This document shows, in pieces, positions 1 through 13,010 of a stretch of 64,000 bases of DNA. Position 1 is the first letter of the stretch. Every line of letters begins with the position of its first letter. Both the position numbers and the translations under genes were made by a program. Below the pieces are notes generated by a model. That model was not told the DNA's origin and did not search any database. It worked only from the letters and a program-made list of their open reading frames with translations. Source of the stretch: Glycera tridactyla (Eukaryota); the NCBI GenBank assembly GCA_965644265.1, contig OZ286475.1, positions 23,250,001 through 23,314,000 on the forward strand, written 5' to 3'.

Positions 1-2154
1 ATGTTGAAGATCAATTTTGTGAAGAAAACAACGAAGAGAAGGGAGTAGCAGGAGTAGAAGTTGGATTAAAAACAAGGCTTAATGCAGGGATATTCCTGGA
101 GTGAGATTTGGGGAGAATCTCCCATGAAATTCTTAAAAGTCCCATTTCTCTGGTTGTTCATGGGACAAATTGTCCCAATGCCTGTGATCAGAGATCCAAA
201 TACATGCCAGATTTCAATTTCTTTCAACCTTGATTTCAAAAGTGCTTCAAAAGAATTATAACTTGTACTATTGTCTTCTCACTATAAGAATTCTCAATCT
301 TCAGTGTGCAGTCTATACTATGAAATATCCAGCAATTACTTCATAATGAGTGAGAAATTGTCTCATCATGCTGAGAATTGTCCTATTGGGTTGAGGTAGT
401 GTGGGACATTTGTCTCATTCACTCCTCTGCTCAGGAATGTCCCTGGTTAATGCTTCAAGTAATTCACCCGTGGTCAGAGCATTCTTACTGAGGTCAAAAG
501 TCAACATCCTACTAGCCTGACTGGGTGTCATATTGCAGACACTTGGGCACACCAATACATACAAAAGGGTCAGGCACCCTATCATTGCTCCAGGTTGATG
601 CATGGAGATAGAACACTGGATCTCTTAAGCAGAGTTGGCTGTATAATTTCAGTCATCAATATCTTGATGATCTAGTGGATCCAGGAAGTCAGCAAATTTG
701 TTACTCTAGAAACAAATCTATCCTGTTCTGATGGTTTTCAAAGTTTGAAGGATGTGTTTTGGGGTTTTTTTTTTAGCGTCAACTTGGCCTGTCTCAGTGG
801 TGGGTCTGATCCGGGATGGGTGACTTCAGCAGTCGTCCTGTTTTCTCCTTTGTGCAAGTGTCTGTTCACGTAATTAGTTTTTTCACGTATCATCATTAAT
901 CATAGAGCTGAGAGTGGGAAAAAAGGTGACGAATTTCAAGCATTTTGAGATATGTTTTCAGAAGTATATATGGCTTCATCAACGCCTCCCGTGTGTAGAT
1001 CAGTCTAGCGTGCTGGTGTGACTTGCACAACAATGGACCTCTAATTGCCTATCAGGGAGGTATAGAATTGAGCTGTACCTTTATCGTTGCCACCATCATG
1101 ATGTTGAAAGTCACTGTGAGTTAGCTATTGCAGCTCTTTGCTGTTGTCGCCATTCTTCGGCTATTCATTGGATGTTTGATGTTCCTGGCCGGCCTGGAAA
1201 CCTGGAAAAAGTATGAGATTTGATCAAGAGCTTATCCTTGTATGAAAAGAAATGGAATCTGGAGAAAAATCCCCTTTTCTGTATGGAAAAAGTATGGGAT
1301 TTGGTCTTAATTGCATTGGCCTTCACTTTGAAATAGAAAACTTAAGTTGCAGATCAGTCAACAAAACCAATAATGGAAAAGCAGACAGGCAAGTCATTAT
1401 TGAATTTTGGTTGTCGACCAATTATCACAGCTTATTGGCATTGAGCTTGTTCAGGTGACAGTTCATCCCACTGGCATGAAAGCAACCTTGAAAAAACTTG
1501 AATCTGAGCCTGGAGAGTGTATGGAAAAAGTATGGAATTTGGTTTTCAAATATGGCTATGAGCTCTGGATGTCAGTCTATAAGTGCGAAAGTCAACCGTC
1601 AACGAAATATGCCTCCCTGAAATGCCGACCATCACAACTGTGTAACAATGACAATCCTTATACATGTATATCAAAAACTTTTGCAAATTACCCTGAGAAA
1701 TGCAGTATTCTCTTATCTGAGCATTTCAAATACTGGAATCATTTCTTTCGGGCATCATAACTTTTTTTTGGCCACCAATGATTGACACCTCTGCAAACGG
1801 AACAATTTGTCCCAAGTACTCCAAGTGAAATTGGACATTTTTTATTTTCGAACCATGCATGTATTTTGTGCGGGTATTGCTGGCATGGCGTGGGATCAGA
1901 GATTGTGAAGGGGGGGGGGGGGGGGGCAATTATTGGCAATTAGTACAAGATTCATGGTTTCGATTTAATTGATGCCAACATGAATGCCTGCAATAATAAA
2001 AACCAATTAGTGAATGCTAATTTTGGGCTGCATCCCGGCTTTGATGTATCTGATTCACTCATTCTTATGGTAATTAATAGCGATAAAATGCTGAACAGTT
2101 TGATAGTTTTTGTGATTTGTATGTGCAGCAGCTTGTACCTGTGAATCAGCTTTC

Positions 2155-2353
2155 TTTTTCTCTCTCCCTCTCTCTCTCTTTGTTCCTTCTCTCTTCCCCC
2201 CTCTCTCTCTTCCACCCTCCCTCTCTCTATCTCCCTCATCCTCTCTCTCTCTCCTCCTCCTCCTCCTCCTCCTCCTCCTCCTCCTCCTCCTCCTCCTCCT
2301 CCTCCTCTCTCCCCCTCTCTCTATATACCTTCTCTCTCCCCTCTCTCCCTCCC

Positions 2354-2397
<44 letters not shown>
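2155..2397. repeat. Compound (CT)n/(CCT)n pyrimidine microsatellite
   Basis: Directly visible; source of the spurious ORFs at 1952-2545. Confidence 0.95.
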
Positions 2398-2398
<1 letters not shown>

Positions 2399-3052
2399 CA
2401 TGTCTTTCCTTGTGTGAACGTCTGTCTGTCCATTTGAATATCTAATCTTGTCACTGCACCAGTGGTTGCAGTTCTCCTCCACATTTCTTTTCACCCAACT
2501 CAGGTTACCTTGAAATTGCTGACATAATATGATATTGGAGCACAAACTGGGTCACTTTTCTTCAGAATTGCTAGTTTGTCTGGGGTCCTGGAAAATAGAA
2601 TGGAATTTCAACATGTGGCCTGGGGCAGAGTTGCATCAGGGGAGATTGGGGACAATGTACATTTTGGTCTATTTTGACAGACTGCTAGTTGCATGCACTT
2701 TTCTTTCTGGCAAAGCTGGGCAAGAACTGATAGCCGCCCTACTGCCTGGGGTACGTTGATTTTACAGGTGGGCCGGTGGATAATTATCATAAATGACTTG
2801 CACATATAAGCAAGGCAGGTGGATTTTCCAGAGCGTAGGTTATTTTTCATGGTGCCTTCTTGCCCTGCAAACAATCATTCCTCAGATAATAGACCTGTTT
2901 TATAAGACCACATCTTTCAAAGCAGGTGGTCTCTCATTTGAGGTCTTAAATTGAGTAGAGGCTTTCAGAAAGTGGTTCCCACCACTGCTACCACAACACC
3001 ACACACCCTTTTGTTTAGCAGGATCGACTGAATTTTCAAGTAGATATATGTA

Positions 3053-3883
3053 CGGTGAAACCTGTGATGGAATCTCCTCTGAAGGAGACTGCTTTCTCTG
3101 GACTGCTTTATTATTCGACATGGTACAGGGTTCCCACGCGCCCGGGAAACCGGGAAAAGCCCGGGAATCGGCGAATCGGCGTTCCCGGTCGGGAAAAGCC
3201 CGGGATTTCGCTAAAATGCCCAGGAAAACCTTTGAAATCCCGGGAAAATGACTAAAATTGTGTGAAACTCAACGAAATCGGCGCCTTGATCAGTTGGCAG
3301 ATGGCTATTCAATCGTCACTTTGTTTGCGCGTAATCGGAAACGAAACACAAACATTCGAGCAATGGCTGGTTTCTCGTCACGGCCCGGGGATAATTAAGA
3401 ACGTCTCGGGGGAATAATGCGAACAGAAGACGGGTGTGTATTACCATGAGATTGGCTGATAATCGCTAATCCGACTGGTTAATTGCGATTGACAGAACGC
3501 TGGTTCAAAAGCTGCGCGCATGATACACGGGATGCTCGTAAAAACGTCTTCTGCGCATCTTGTTTTCGCGTTAGTTTCCGATAATTCCGTCATGAGGCGC
3601 TTTTCGCGATTCGATCGCAGCGACACTCGGCGGGATCGATGTGAACTATCAGCACCTTACGTTTTGGCGCGAAAATTTGAATGCTATCGTGACCGTGTCA
3701 GACTGACGACGTAGCCCGGGAAAAATGGCCATTTTAGCCCAGGAAAAGCCCGGGAAAAGCCCGGGAATTTGATTCGTCCAAAAGTGTGGGAACCCTGATG
3801 GTATACCTCTGAATAGAGACCACCTCTTTTAAAATACCACGTTTGGGTGACCTTTAGAGGTTGTTTTGGCACAGGTTTCACTG
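3053..3883. mobile_element. Tc1/mariner-type MITE (subfamily B2) interrupted by a nested CAGGG element
   Basis: TA|CGGTGAAACCTGTG ... CACAGGTTTCACTG|TA termini, with the insertion at 3126-3797. Confidence 0.75.
3126..3797. mobile_element. Young non-autonomous TIR DNA transposon (672 bp), 6-bp TSD
   Basis: Perfect 12-bp TIR CAGGGTTCCCAC/GTGGGAACCCTG; ATGGTA duplicated at 3120-3125 and 3798-3803; subterminal CCCGGGAAAAGCCCGGGAAT repeats; CpG-rich interior. Confidence 0.9.
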
Positions 3884-3914
3884 TATCACACTACTGACCG
3901 ACCCATTTCAAGAT

Positions 3915-4385
3915 TTGCATATGCCTTGAAAATGTCTTGGAGGTGGCCCCGGGCCCTTGAAAGGCCTTGGAGATATGCCTCAAAAAGACCTTGAAAGCCC
4001 TTGAAAGGCCTTGAAAATAGTCTGGCCTTGAAGTTTCCTCGAAAAGTCCTTGAAATTGGTTGCAGCCAACTTACTTTGGACTTGAAAATGGTTGATGTTG
4101 ATGATGGTGTATTTTTTGTGGATGACCTTTTTTTATTGGAGGGCCAGTCTGCCTTCATGCACATGAATATCTTGGAACATCAACGTCTTTGAATTGATAT
4201 GCTTCTTCACTGTTTTCACTTGGAATATGCTCAAGTGGAGTTCAGCTTACAGTGGTATCAAGGTGTAATCATAGATAAATGACAAATATAATTTCCAGTG
4301 AAAAGGTTATTGCTGTACAAATGAATGGGTATCTGGCGCGGAATAAGCCTTGAAAATGCCTTGAATTTGTTGGTGACATGCCTGT
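3915..4385. mobile_element. Degenerate MITE with CCTTGAAA subterminal repeats
   Basis: Clusters of (G)CCTTGAAA at both ends; a related copy lies around 10165-10440. Termini are not clean. Confidence 0.5.
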
Positions 4386-4554
4386 AACTTGTTCTTCACT
4401 TATGGCTACACCCTGGAGCTAGCTGGCTATAAGTGTGTGTGTGTGTGGTTGGGGGGGGGGGGAGGGGGGGGGGGTCGAGAGTTACGGAAGATTACACCAC
4501 TATAGTTGGGATCAGTTGAGTGGGGAATCAGATTATGGTGTGTACACACAGAGT

Positions 4555-4606
<52 letters not shown>

Positions 4607-4701
4607 CACACACAGAGAGTCAACCAGTCCCCTCTCTGACTACAGGATATGTGTGCATGTTTGGCTGACTGTCATCGAGTAATACAGTGAATTGCTATAC
4701 T

Positions 4702-5134
4702 CAGGATGTGGTTGTTCTGCAGATTTCCGAATTTTTTCATCACAACCCATGTATATGAGCGAAAAGGTCAATTTATGCTGATTATTTTGGCTTCTAGATC
4801 ACGAGAATCGAACCAGAATTAGTGAAGTTAGAGCACAGATTTGTATGGAGTTATACAGTGAAACCTCTTTTGTTAGACCCCTCTTTGTGAGATTGCCCTC
4901 TTTTGAGAGACTGCTCTTTATCGGTTCTTTCCTATTTGACATAGTCAAATATACCTCCAATGAGAGACCATCTCTTTTGAGAGACGATTTGGGGATGGCG
5001 TTTGGGGCAGTCTCACAAAAGAGGTTTCACTGTAGTAGCAATCAGATAGCAGTTGTTGGGTTTTCTTGGTCCACAAAATATTGGTGCCTCTGTTGTGTTT
5101 TCGGGTTTGTGGATGTGAGCCAATCACATCTGTG
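4702..5134. mobile_element. Family A MITE (CAGGGATGTGATTG TIR), degenerate, interrupted by a Tc1 MITE
   Basis: Shares the CATGAAAATCGGACCAGAATTAGTGGAGATAGAGCACA core with other copies; ends GCCAATCACATC. Confidence 0.75.
4856..5032. mobile_element. Tc1/mariner-type MITE (B2)
   Basis: TA|CAGTGAAACCTCTTT ... AAAGAGGTTTCACTG|TA; central TATTTGACATAGTCAAATA palindrome; inserted at a TA of family A. Confidence 0.9.
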
Positions 5135-5629
5135 ACACAGTCAAACAGTCGTTTCCCTGACAGCAGGATATGATCTTGTCGACGTTAGTCTGACTGTCAT
5201 CGGGTGGTAGAGTGCATGGCTATACTCCAGCATGGTTGGACATGTGCAGTATTTCCCGCTGTAGTGTTGTTGAGCATTCCTGCGTGTCAGGAGAAGGAGT
5301 CTGGAGGTCTATTTCTGTGTGAGTCAGATACATAGCAGATCAGGTGTTTATGGATACCGCGCCGTGTCAGCTCTCCTTGAACCCCTCTCTCACACTGATA
5401 CATTCTACACCTGGATGATAGGGTTCGGTTGTAGTGATGAATCAATGATCGCCCATATTCCATGATTGCATGAATATCGGAAAAAGGTGTGATCAACGCT
5501 TCTGTAATAACTCATGCCTCTTTTCTACATTAGACACCTGTCTGCAAAAGCCTGTATATTTGCCAGAGAATCTTTTGAGAGACTGCTCTCCATCGGTTCT
5601 TTCCTATTTGGCATAGTCAAATATACCTT

Positions 5630-5873
5630 CAATGTTTTTGCTGACAAACAGCAAGTCATGCATCTGACAGCAAAGACCAATCTCTGCTGATTATTTTGGC
5701 TTTTAAATCATGAAAATCGGAAAGGTATTAGTGGAGATAGAGCACATTGTTTGTATGGAGTCCTATTTGCATTCAGTCACCACTTCCTTGGGTTTGTTGA
5801 TCGACGAAATTTTGGTATAAGTGCTCCCGATGAGGTTTTCAGTGTTTTTGGTTGTGAGCCAATCACATCCCTG
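5630..5873. mobile_element. Family A MITE, 5'-truncated
   Basis: Family core plus the right TIR CAATCACATCCCTG. Confidence 0.75.
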
Positions 5874-7934
5874 GTGTATAGGCCTGTTGGGCAGATTCAT
5901 GCAGTACCAATGTCCCATTTTAGACTTTTGTGTGTGCAGAATAGGAGGAGAAAAGATAGCTGCCCATAAAACATTAACATAAAAGCCTTGCTCATATAGG
6001 GGCAGGTCGATTTTCTTGATGTCTTCTTACCTTGTAGAACCATTTCAATTCGTTAGAAAGTATGCCAAACTGCAAGTGCCTTATGGCACATAAGAAATGA
6101 CTTCATGCATCCTTTATAACATTTTGTACCTTGTAGCACAGGGTACAATAATATCCTTGCTTTCTAAGCAGGTTTGCCTGTGTTGCCATGGCAACATGTT
6201 GGATTCTGGAGCAGTATGGCCACCTCATATGGCATCTCTGCGGATGTTCCATATTCGATGATCAATGCTAGCTCATTCTGTATTCCATGCCGACCCTGGC
6301 CATCATTTTATGGAGCCGATCCTGCCCAGCGCCTGGTAATGAGCGGCAGCCATTGACACACTCAGAATGAGGCTCTGATGAATGGTCACATGACTGCCAA
6401 CCTCCACTAGCTTGCTTCAATCATTCAGGACATTGCTGACTGCTCAGTGACTCATCACATGTATCTATAGCCCAATGATAGCACCATTTGTGTCTGCTGT
6501 GCTGGAGGTTTTATAATGGCAGTTTCTACTGGTACCCTGTATTGGCATTTACTTCTGGTACCCTCCACTATTGTAATGACAGTCACGCCTCCTAGTATAG
6601 ATCTATAGCTCTTCATTGTTCGGCTTAGCCTCCGGCACTGCAGACCTTGATGATCTTTTAGTTGCACTGCATGATGGACTGACCTGTCAAGCAGTTGCAG
6701 CCTGGATGATTGAGGTTATCCTAATTCTGGACTGCATGCTTTCAGGAGGAGCTCAGAGGTAATTGTACTGTTGGATATCCCAAATTAGTTAACTTGACTT
6801 CACTAGTACATTCCTTCGACTGGACTGGACTGGCCCCTAAGTTAATTCTTTTTGGGTAGCTATTTCCAAATGTTGGTAGCCAACCAATACATTGTCACCC
6901 ATTGGGAGAGCAAATTGAGAGAATCACTCTCCTGAAAATTAATTCACTCCCCGAAGTCCTACCAACCTATGTTTTCCTATGATTAGTTCTTCAGAATCAT
7001 ACATGTGCAGGCAAATGCAAATCCTGCTCATAGAGACTAGGGATGGTTGCTGATGCAATCCAACTTGTGGTATTCTGTTTTCACAGAAAATCTATGACTT
7101 GCTCATCAACTGAAAAATTTACACTTTCCCATCGGGAGAGTGTGCTTGGAATTTTCACTCGCACCAAATCAAACTCATTCGTCTTGGGATTCGGGAGAGG
7201 GCTGCTGTCTTCATGTGCTTCCAGTCTAATCCTTGTAGCCAGTTTGGCTAAAGACTCATCAATTCCTTTAGCCAGATGAGGTAGGTTTTAGCCTTTTGCT
7301 AGATGACTAGCATTGACCTGGTGGAATGTTAGGGCAAATGATACAATTTTTAAGCTCTTTGCTATCAGGTTGCTGGCTTGCAATACGCCACAAACCTATC
7401 AAATGTTACTGACACATGGTGGAGATGTTGGTCATGGCATATGACGGGAGGTGATGGGGTCACCAGGTGCGAGTACGCTAAGCTGCTCAGCAGGTGTCAA
7501 GCTATACCTGAGCCTCCCGCTCACCGCTCACACTCCCCCATTACCGCTCACACCCCACGCTGAGCTGACTGGAAAATACACTCACTCCTGTCTTCACCAC
7601 TAACTGCTCTCGCAAAAACACGTGTTTACAAATCACTCTTTGGCTGATGAAAGACATGACTCAGGGGGTTACACAGTACTTGGGGTACTCACCCTGCTTA
7701 GAAATCATGGAAAAATATGGAATTTGATAAGATCCATCCTGGGTGGAAAAAAGTATGAGATTTATTTTTGCAAAATATCACAGATAAAGTTTGGAATTGA
7801 ATTCAGTCAGGACAGCACTGATCTGACATCATGTGGATGGGGATGGGGGGGGGGGGGCAGTCACTTGATCAGCAAATAGTTGCTACATGTATTGGTTTCT
7901 GACTACTTCCCTGATCTCATATTTTTTCTTCAAC

Positions 7935-8215
7935 CATGGATGTGATTGTTCCCCCCATCTGCGGATTTCCGGGATTTTGATGACAAATCCAGCAAGTCAT
8001 GTGAAGGGCAGAAAAGAGCATCTTATGGTGATTATTTTGGATTTTAGATCATGAAAATCGGACCAGAATTAGTGGAGATAGAGAACAGAGTTATATATGC
8101 AGTTATAGTAGCCATCAGTTAGCAATTGTGGGGTTTCCTGGTCCAAGAAATCTTGGTGAAAAGCGCATATAGGCTTGTTATCAGTGTTTTTGATTGTGAT
8201 CCAATCACATCCCTG
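7935..8215. mobile_element. Family A MITE
   Basis: CATGGATGTGATTG ... CAATCACATCCCTG termini plus the family core. Confidence 0.85.
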
Positions 8216-8220
8216 ATATA

Positions 8221-8397
8221 CAGTCAAACCTGCTCTAAAGACCACCTCTCTATAAAGACCACCTCTCTATAAAGACCACCCGAGCTGCGACCGTGGTAGT
8301 ATTTTCGACATTAAATGACCTCTCTATAAAGACCACCTGCCTATAAAGACCACTTTTTGATGCAACCGAAGGTGGTCTTTATAGACAGGTTTGACTG
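8221..8397. mobile_element. Tc1/mariner-type MITE (subfamily B1)
   Basis: TA|CAGTCAAACCTG ... CAGGTTTGACTG|TA; internal CTCTATAAAGACCAC repeats. Related full or partial copies at about 9283, 10215, 13745, 16165, 16920, 24470, 28320, 29720, 30060, 37340 and 45030. Confidence 0.9.
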
Positions 8398-11224
8398 TAC
8401 ACACCAAGGTCCCTGATACACACTCATCTACAAATGTGGTGAGGCAGTGCGAATCAAATCCAATTTTTGTTCATCTGGCAGCCAATTGATGGAGTGCATA
8501 TTTCTTCCCTGAAAATCACAATTCGAACTTGTTACTATGGTAAAAGTATGGAATTTGATGGTCAGAAGTCTGTTTGAAGCTCAAGTGCATGTTCCCTGGA
8601 TTAGCACAAACCATTAGCCAATTAACCAGGGTCTAAAGCTTTTCTTATTTGGTTGAAGACATAGCCAAACAGGCTAGAGAAAATTTGGCTGGAGCACAGA
8701 AAGACAGGGCATATATGTACATGCTCTCTTACAGCTCGTGGAGCCATGATGAATATGATTGGGGGTTGGAGAATGGATTTCTCATGTCTGGAAAATGATA
8801 CTCCAGTTTGAAATGAAAGTGATGGCCAAATTGCAGTATTTCCTAAATGTTTCTGGCATGAATGATTTAGCTGCTTTAGCCAAACTTGCTATGGGAAATG
8901 ATGAAGGAATATGGATCCTTTATGGGGAAATATTGTTCTAGCACCAATCAGTCTGTAGTGCACTGTTTCATACTTTTACAGCCATGCTGTTGGAATGGTA
9001 AACAGGACCGCAGATGACCCTAGATTTGACAGTCAACTAACATGGCCAACTCATGAACAGTTGCATTGTCCGCCCCTCACCAGCTGACCCCCTCTCTCAC
9101 TATTGAAGGGGGTGGGGTTTGTGACCTACATTCACAGCCGCTACACAACCAGAAACTCAGACCAGGGTTCTTTTATTAATATTTGAGCTCAAACCTGGAA
9201 GCTATATGTTTCAGAACTGATATTGAGTTTCAACTCAAATTTCAAGTCATTTTGACTCGATTGACGTAATGTCACATGTATACAGTCAAACCTGTCTATT
9301 GAAGCTACCTTCGGTTGGATCAAAAAGGGGACATTTACTGTTGAAATAAATATCACAGTTGCAGCTCAGGGTGACCTTCGTAGGCAGCAATGCTTGCTCT
9401 CCATAAAACAGTGATAATTTATTGTAAAATGTCCTCAAATGTTTGAGCAGCAATGTACATTTCTGTAGGATAAAAAACATTTTAGTGAGTGATTTTAGCA
9501 AAATGGAAATAGTTTTAGCAATTAGGAAAGCACTTTGTAGAAATTGAAAATCATTTCATTGTATCAGTCACTAAGTTGAAAAATGAATGGCTTTTTTTAT
9601 GCCAGATCAGTTTTTGGTGCATTTTCCCACCAAAGCAAATTAAATGAGCAAGATGATCATCTACAATAAACCACCACCACCACCTTCGTGCCATCAAGAT
9701 GGAGTATTACTCTAGCAAATCATTTTAGCAAATTAGATTTCTCTTTAGCATTCATCACTACTGATTATCTACATGGATAGTTAAAAAGCCAATCTATAAA
9801 GGAAACCCAGTTATGCCTAATTTATAGGGGTTTAGGACAGAGCTGAAAACCATGAGCCCACATATGCAAAATTCATCGTTTATATAGACACTCCAACATT
9901 TTTCAGCAATACTGCTACAGCCTGGAGCATGGTTACACATTACTTATCAGCTCAACTTGATTGGTGGACTATGGATGATGGATATCGCAGCTAATGAGTA
10001 GTCTGGGGTTCATAGCTGCCCTGCTGATGTGGACACTATGAGTGATCGAGAGTTCAATCAAGGTGACTCACTAACAAATTGGGGGTCTCCTGACATGTAA
10101 TTAATTTCCTACTGTAGTTGTATGTCAGTGAGATACATTGTCATCCTCATCATCATGTCCAGGGTTTGCCCAGGTCCGGGAAGTGCCTTCAAATAGCCCT
10201 GGACTTTGAAAATACAGTCAAACCTCTCTATGAAGACCGCCTTCGGTCGCATAAAAAAGTGGCCTTTATTTGGAGATGGTCTTTATAGAGAGGCCATTTA
10301 CTGTTGAAAATACTACCACGGTCGCAGCTCAGGGTGGTCTCTATAGCGAGGTGGTCTTTATGGAGAGGTGGTCTTTAGCCCTTGCCTTGAAAGTGCCTTG
10401 GAACAGCCTTGAATATGCCTACCATGAAGTCAGTACTGCATTGAAGCTAATGGTGAAGATGCCTGTGTTTTGTTTTGTTTTGTTTATTTCTTTAATTTCT
10501 TTTGTCGCCATACGGTAACAGAAAATACTTGTGACATGTGATCAACATAGATAGATAGAAGGGGGCCCAGTATGGATCTCTGCGAGGCTCCACAGTTTAT
10601 GTTTCTTTGATNNNNNNNNNNNNNNNNNNNNNNNNNNNNNNNNNNNNNNNNNNNNNNNNNNNNNNNNNNNNNNNNNNNNNNNNNNNNNNNNNNNNNNNNN
10701 NNNNNNNNNNNNNNNNNNNNNNNNNNNNNNNNNNNNNNNNNNNNNNNNNNNNNNNNNNNNNNNNNNNNNNNNNNNNNNNNNNNNNNNNNNNNNNNNNNNN
10801 NNNNNNNNNNNNNNNNNNNNNNNNNNNNNNNNNNNNCTAGTGTCATTCATACTATTACACTATGATAGTCACACGAAATATCGCTTCATCTCCAACCTCG
10901 AAGACCATCCCCTACTCAGAAAAATCAACTGAACATCAAGTTGCTCTCAGAGGGAGGGCAATTATTACTGCTGAGGAAATGACAGATGTTACTGCAGAAG
11001 GTCAGTGGTTTCTGGTGGATAATTATTCATTAGGTCTTGAAAATCAGTGAAGAGGCTTTTAAATACATTAAATTTTTTAATCACACAGATGTCTTGAACG
11101 ATATAGGAAAACTTCATCTGGACCAAATCCACCAAGATTCTGTATGGTATCTGGCAATCTGACGATGTAATGTATCAGAGAAATTGACCCATTGTCTGAA
11201 CGTATTTTGTTTTGTCTGTTTCAG

Positions 11225-11279
11225 GTATGTACAGTGTTGATAGTTTTGTGATGAAAATAATATGGTTGGCAGGAATGAG
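11225..11279 (+). other. Candidate recursive splice site plus 55-nt cryptic exon
   Basis: tctgaac-gtattttgttttgtctgtttcag|GTATGT, then downstream donor GAG|GTGAGT. Confidence 0.45.
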
Positions 11280-11336
11280 GTGAGTCCTGTAAGACTCCAT
11301 CTCCAGGTTTTCAGCTTTTGCCCTATTTGTGAATTA

Positions 11337-11713
11337 CAGGGAAACCTGTGACAATAGACAGGGATGTGATTGTTCCACGACCCATGGATTTCCGGGTTTT
11401 ATGTTGATTATTTCGGATTTTAGATCATGAAAATCGCACCAGTATTAGTGGAGATAGAGCACATAGTTCATATCCAGTCATAGTAGCCATCAAATCGCAC
11501 TTGTGGGGGTTTCTTGGTCCACAAATTCCCGGTGAAAAGCGCCTCTGGTAAGGTTTTCAGTAATCTTGGTTGTGGGCCAATCACATCCCTGCAATAGAGC
11601 ACCATAAATGTCAGCAATATGTATTCTCTCAAGAGAGGTGTTCGCCTGTGGGAGGTATATTTGACTATGTCAAAGCGGATTTCTGTATAGGTCTCTTGTC
11701 AGAGGTTTCACTG
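11337..11713. mobile_element. Tc1/mariner-type MITE (B2) carrying a nested family A copy
   Basis: TA|CAGGGAAACCTGTGACAA ... TTGTCAGAGGTTTCACTG|TA. Confidence 0.75.
11359..11591. mobile_element. Family A MITE with 7-bp TSD
   Basis: TIR CAGGGATGTGATTG/CAATCACATCCCTG; CAATAGA duplicated at 11352-11358 and 11592-11598. Confidence 0.9.
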
Positions 11714-12585
11714 TAATCCTTAATACACACTTGCCCATTTACTTAAATGTTCTTGCCCACCCTATTCATGAGTTGGTATGGCCAGAGACCTATACAAGGT
11801 CCCTGGTATAGTCAATGGTATATGGCATAATCAATCTGCAATCATTTTGAGAATGCNNNNNNNNNNNNNNNNNNNNNNNNNNNNNNNNNNNNNNNNNNNN
11901 NNNNNNNNNNNNNNNNNNNNNNNNNNNNNNNNNNNNNNNNNNNNNNNNNNNNNNNNNNNNNNNNNNNNNNNNNNNNNNNNNNNNNNNNNNNNNNNNNNNN
12001 NNNNNNNNNNNNNNNNNNNNNNNNNNNNNNNNNNNNNNNNNNNNNNNNNNNNNNNNNNNNNNNNNNNNNNNNNNNNNNNNNNNNNNNNNNNNNNNNNNNN
12101 NNNNNNNNNNNNNNNNNNNNNNNNNNNNNNNNNNNNNNNNNNNNNNNNNNNNNNNNNNNNNNNNNNNNNNNNNNNNNNNNNNNNNNTTGCCTTGCATTAT
12201 ATCAGTATAGTTGCAGTGTTCAGAAAGTCTCATACCCGGTAGATGAGAGAGCCGGTCCCCGGTCCCTGTGTAACCATGTGTCATGCTTGAGCGGGACAGC
12301 CCGCCGGCGATTTATGCCAAATAAGCTGACTTCATATGGACAATATTCATGAGTGCAGCCCTTCGAGAGTTCACACTTGCAGAGCCTCATCAGGAGACAA
12401 ATGTGTGGCGTTAGTGTGGGGTCAGCAGATATGCTTATAGGGGTCAGCCACGGGTGAGCAATGCCATCATCTGCCAGCGTCCACTGCTGACCAGCCACGC
12501 AAATATGCCTCACATACATCCTTATTTCATCTGGTAATGTGATGCTGGCTCTGACAAAAACACTTACCTATACTGCTGCTGCTGG

Positions 12586-13010
12586 AGAGAGAGAGAGTGT
12601 GTGTGTGAGACAGACAGCCAGACAGACGGATGGATTGACAGACGGACGGACGGACGGACGGACGGACGGACAGACAAAGACAGACAGACAGACAGACAGA
12701 CAAAGACAGAGAGGAGAATTGAGACAGAGACTAAGACAGAGAGAGTAGAGACAGACAGATAGACAGACAGACAGAACGAGAAACAGACACACATAGAAGA
12801 AACAGAGACAGAGCCAAAACAAAGAAAGAAGAGAGAGAGACAGAGAAGAGAGGCAGACAGACAGGAACAGACAGAGACAAAGACAGACAGACAGAGGCAG
12901 ACACAGACACTGACAGAGACGAGAAGCAGAGACAGAGACCAAGACAGAGAGAGAAGCGAGAGGCTGAAACAGAGACAAAAAGAGAGTGAAAGAGAAGAGA
13001 GACAAAAACC
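12586..13010. repeat. Purine-rich compound microsatellite (GA)n/(GACA)n/(GACG)n
   Basis: Directly visible; source of the spurious 155-189 aa ORFs. Confidence 0.95.

Noticed and set aside
12569-12582. Minus-strand micro-exon CAGCAGCAGTATAG|GTAAGT after a long CT tract
   Set aside because: The acceptor tract is just the adjacent microsatellite, and there is no independent support.
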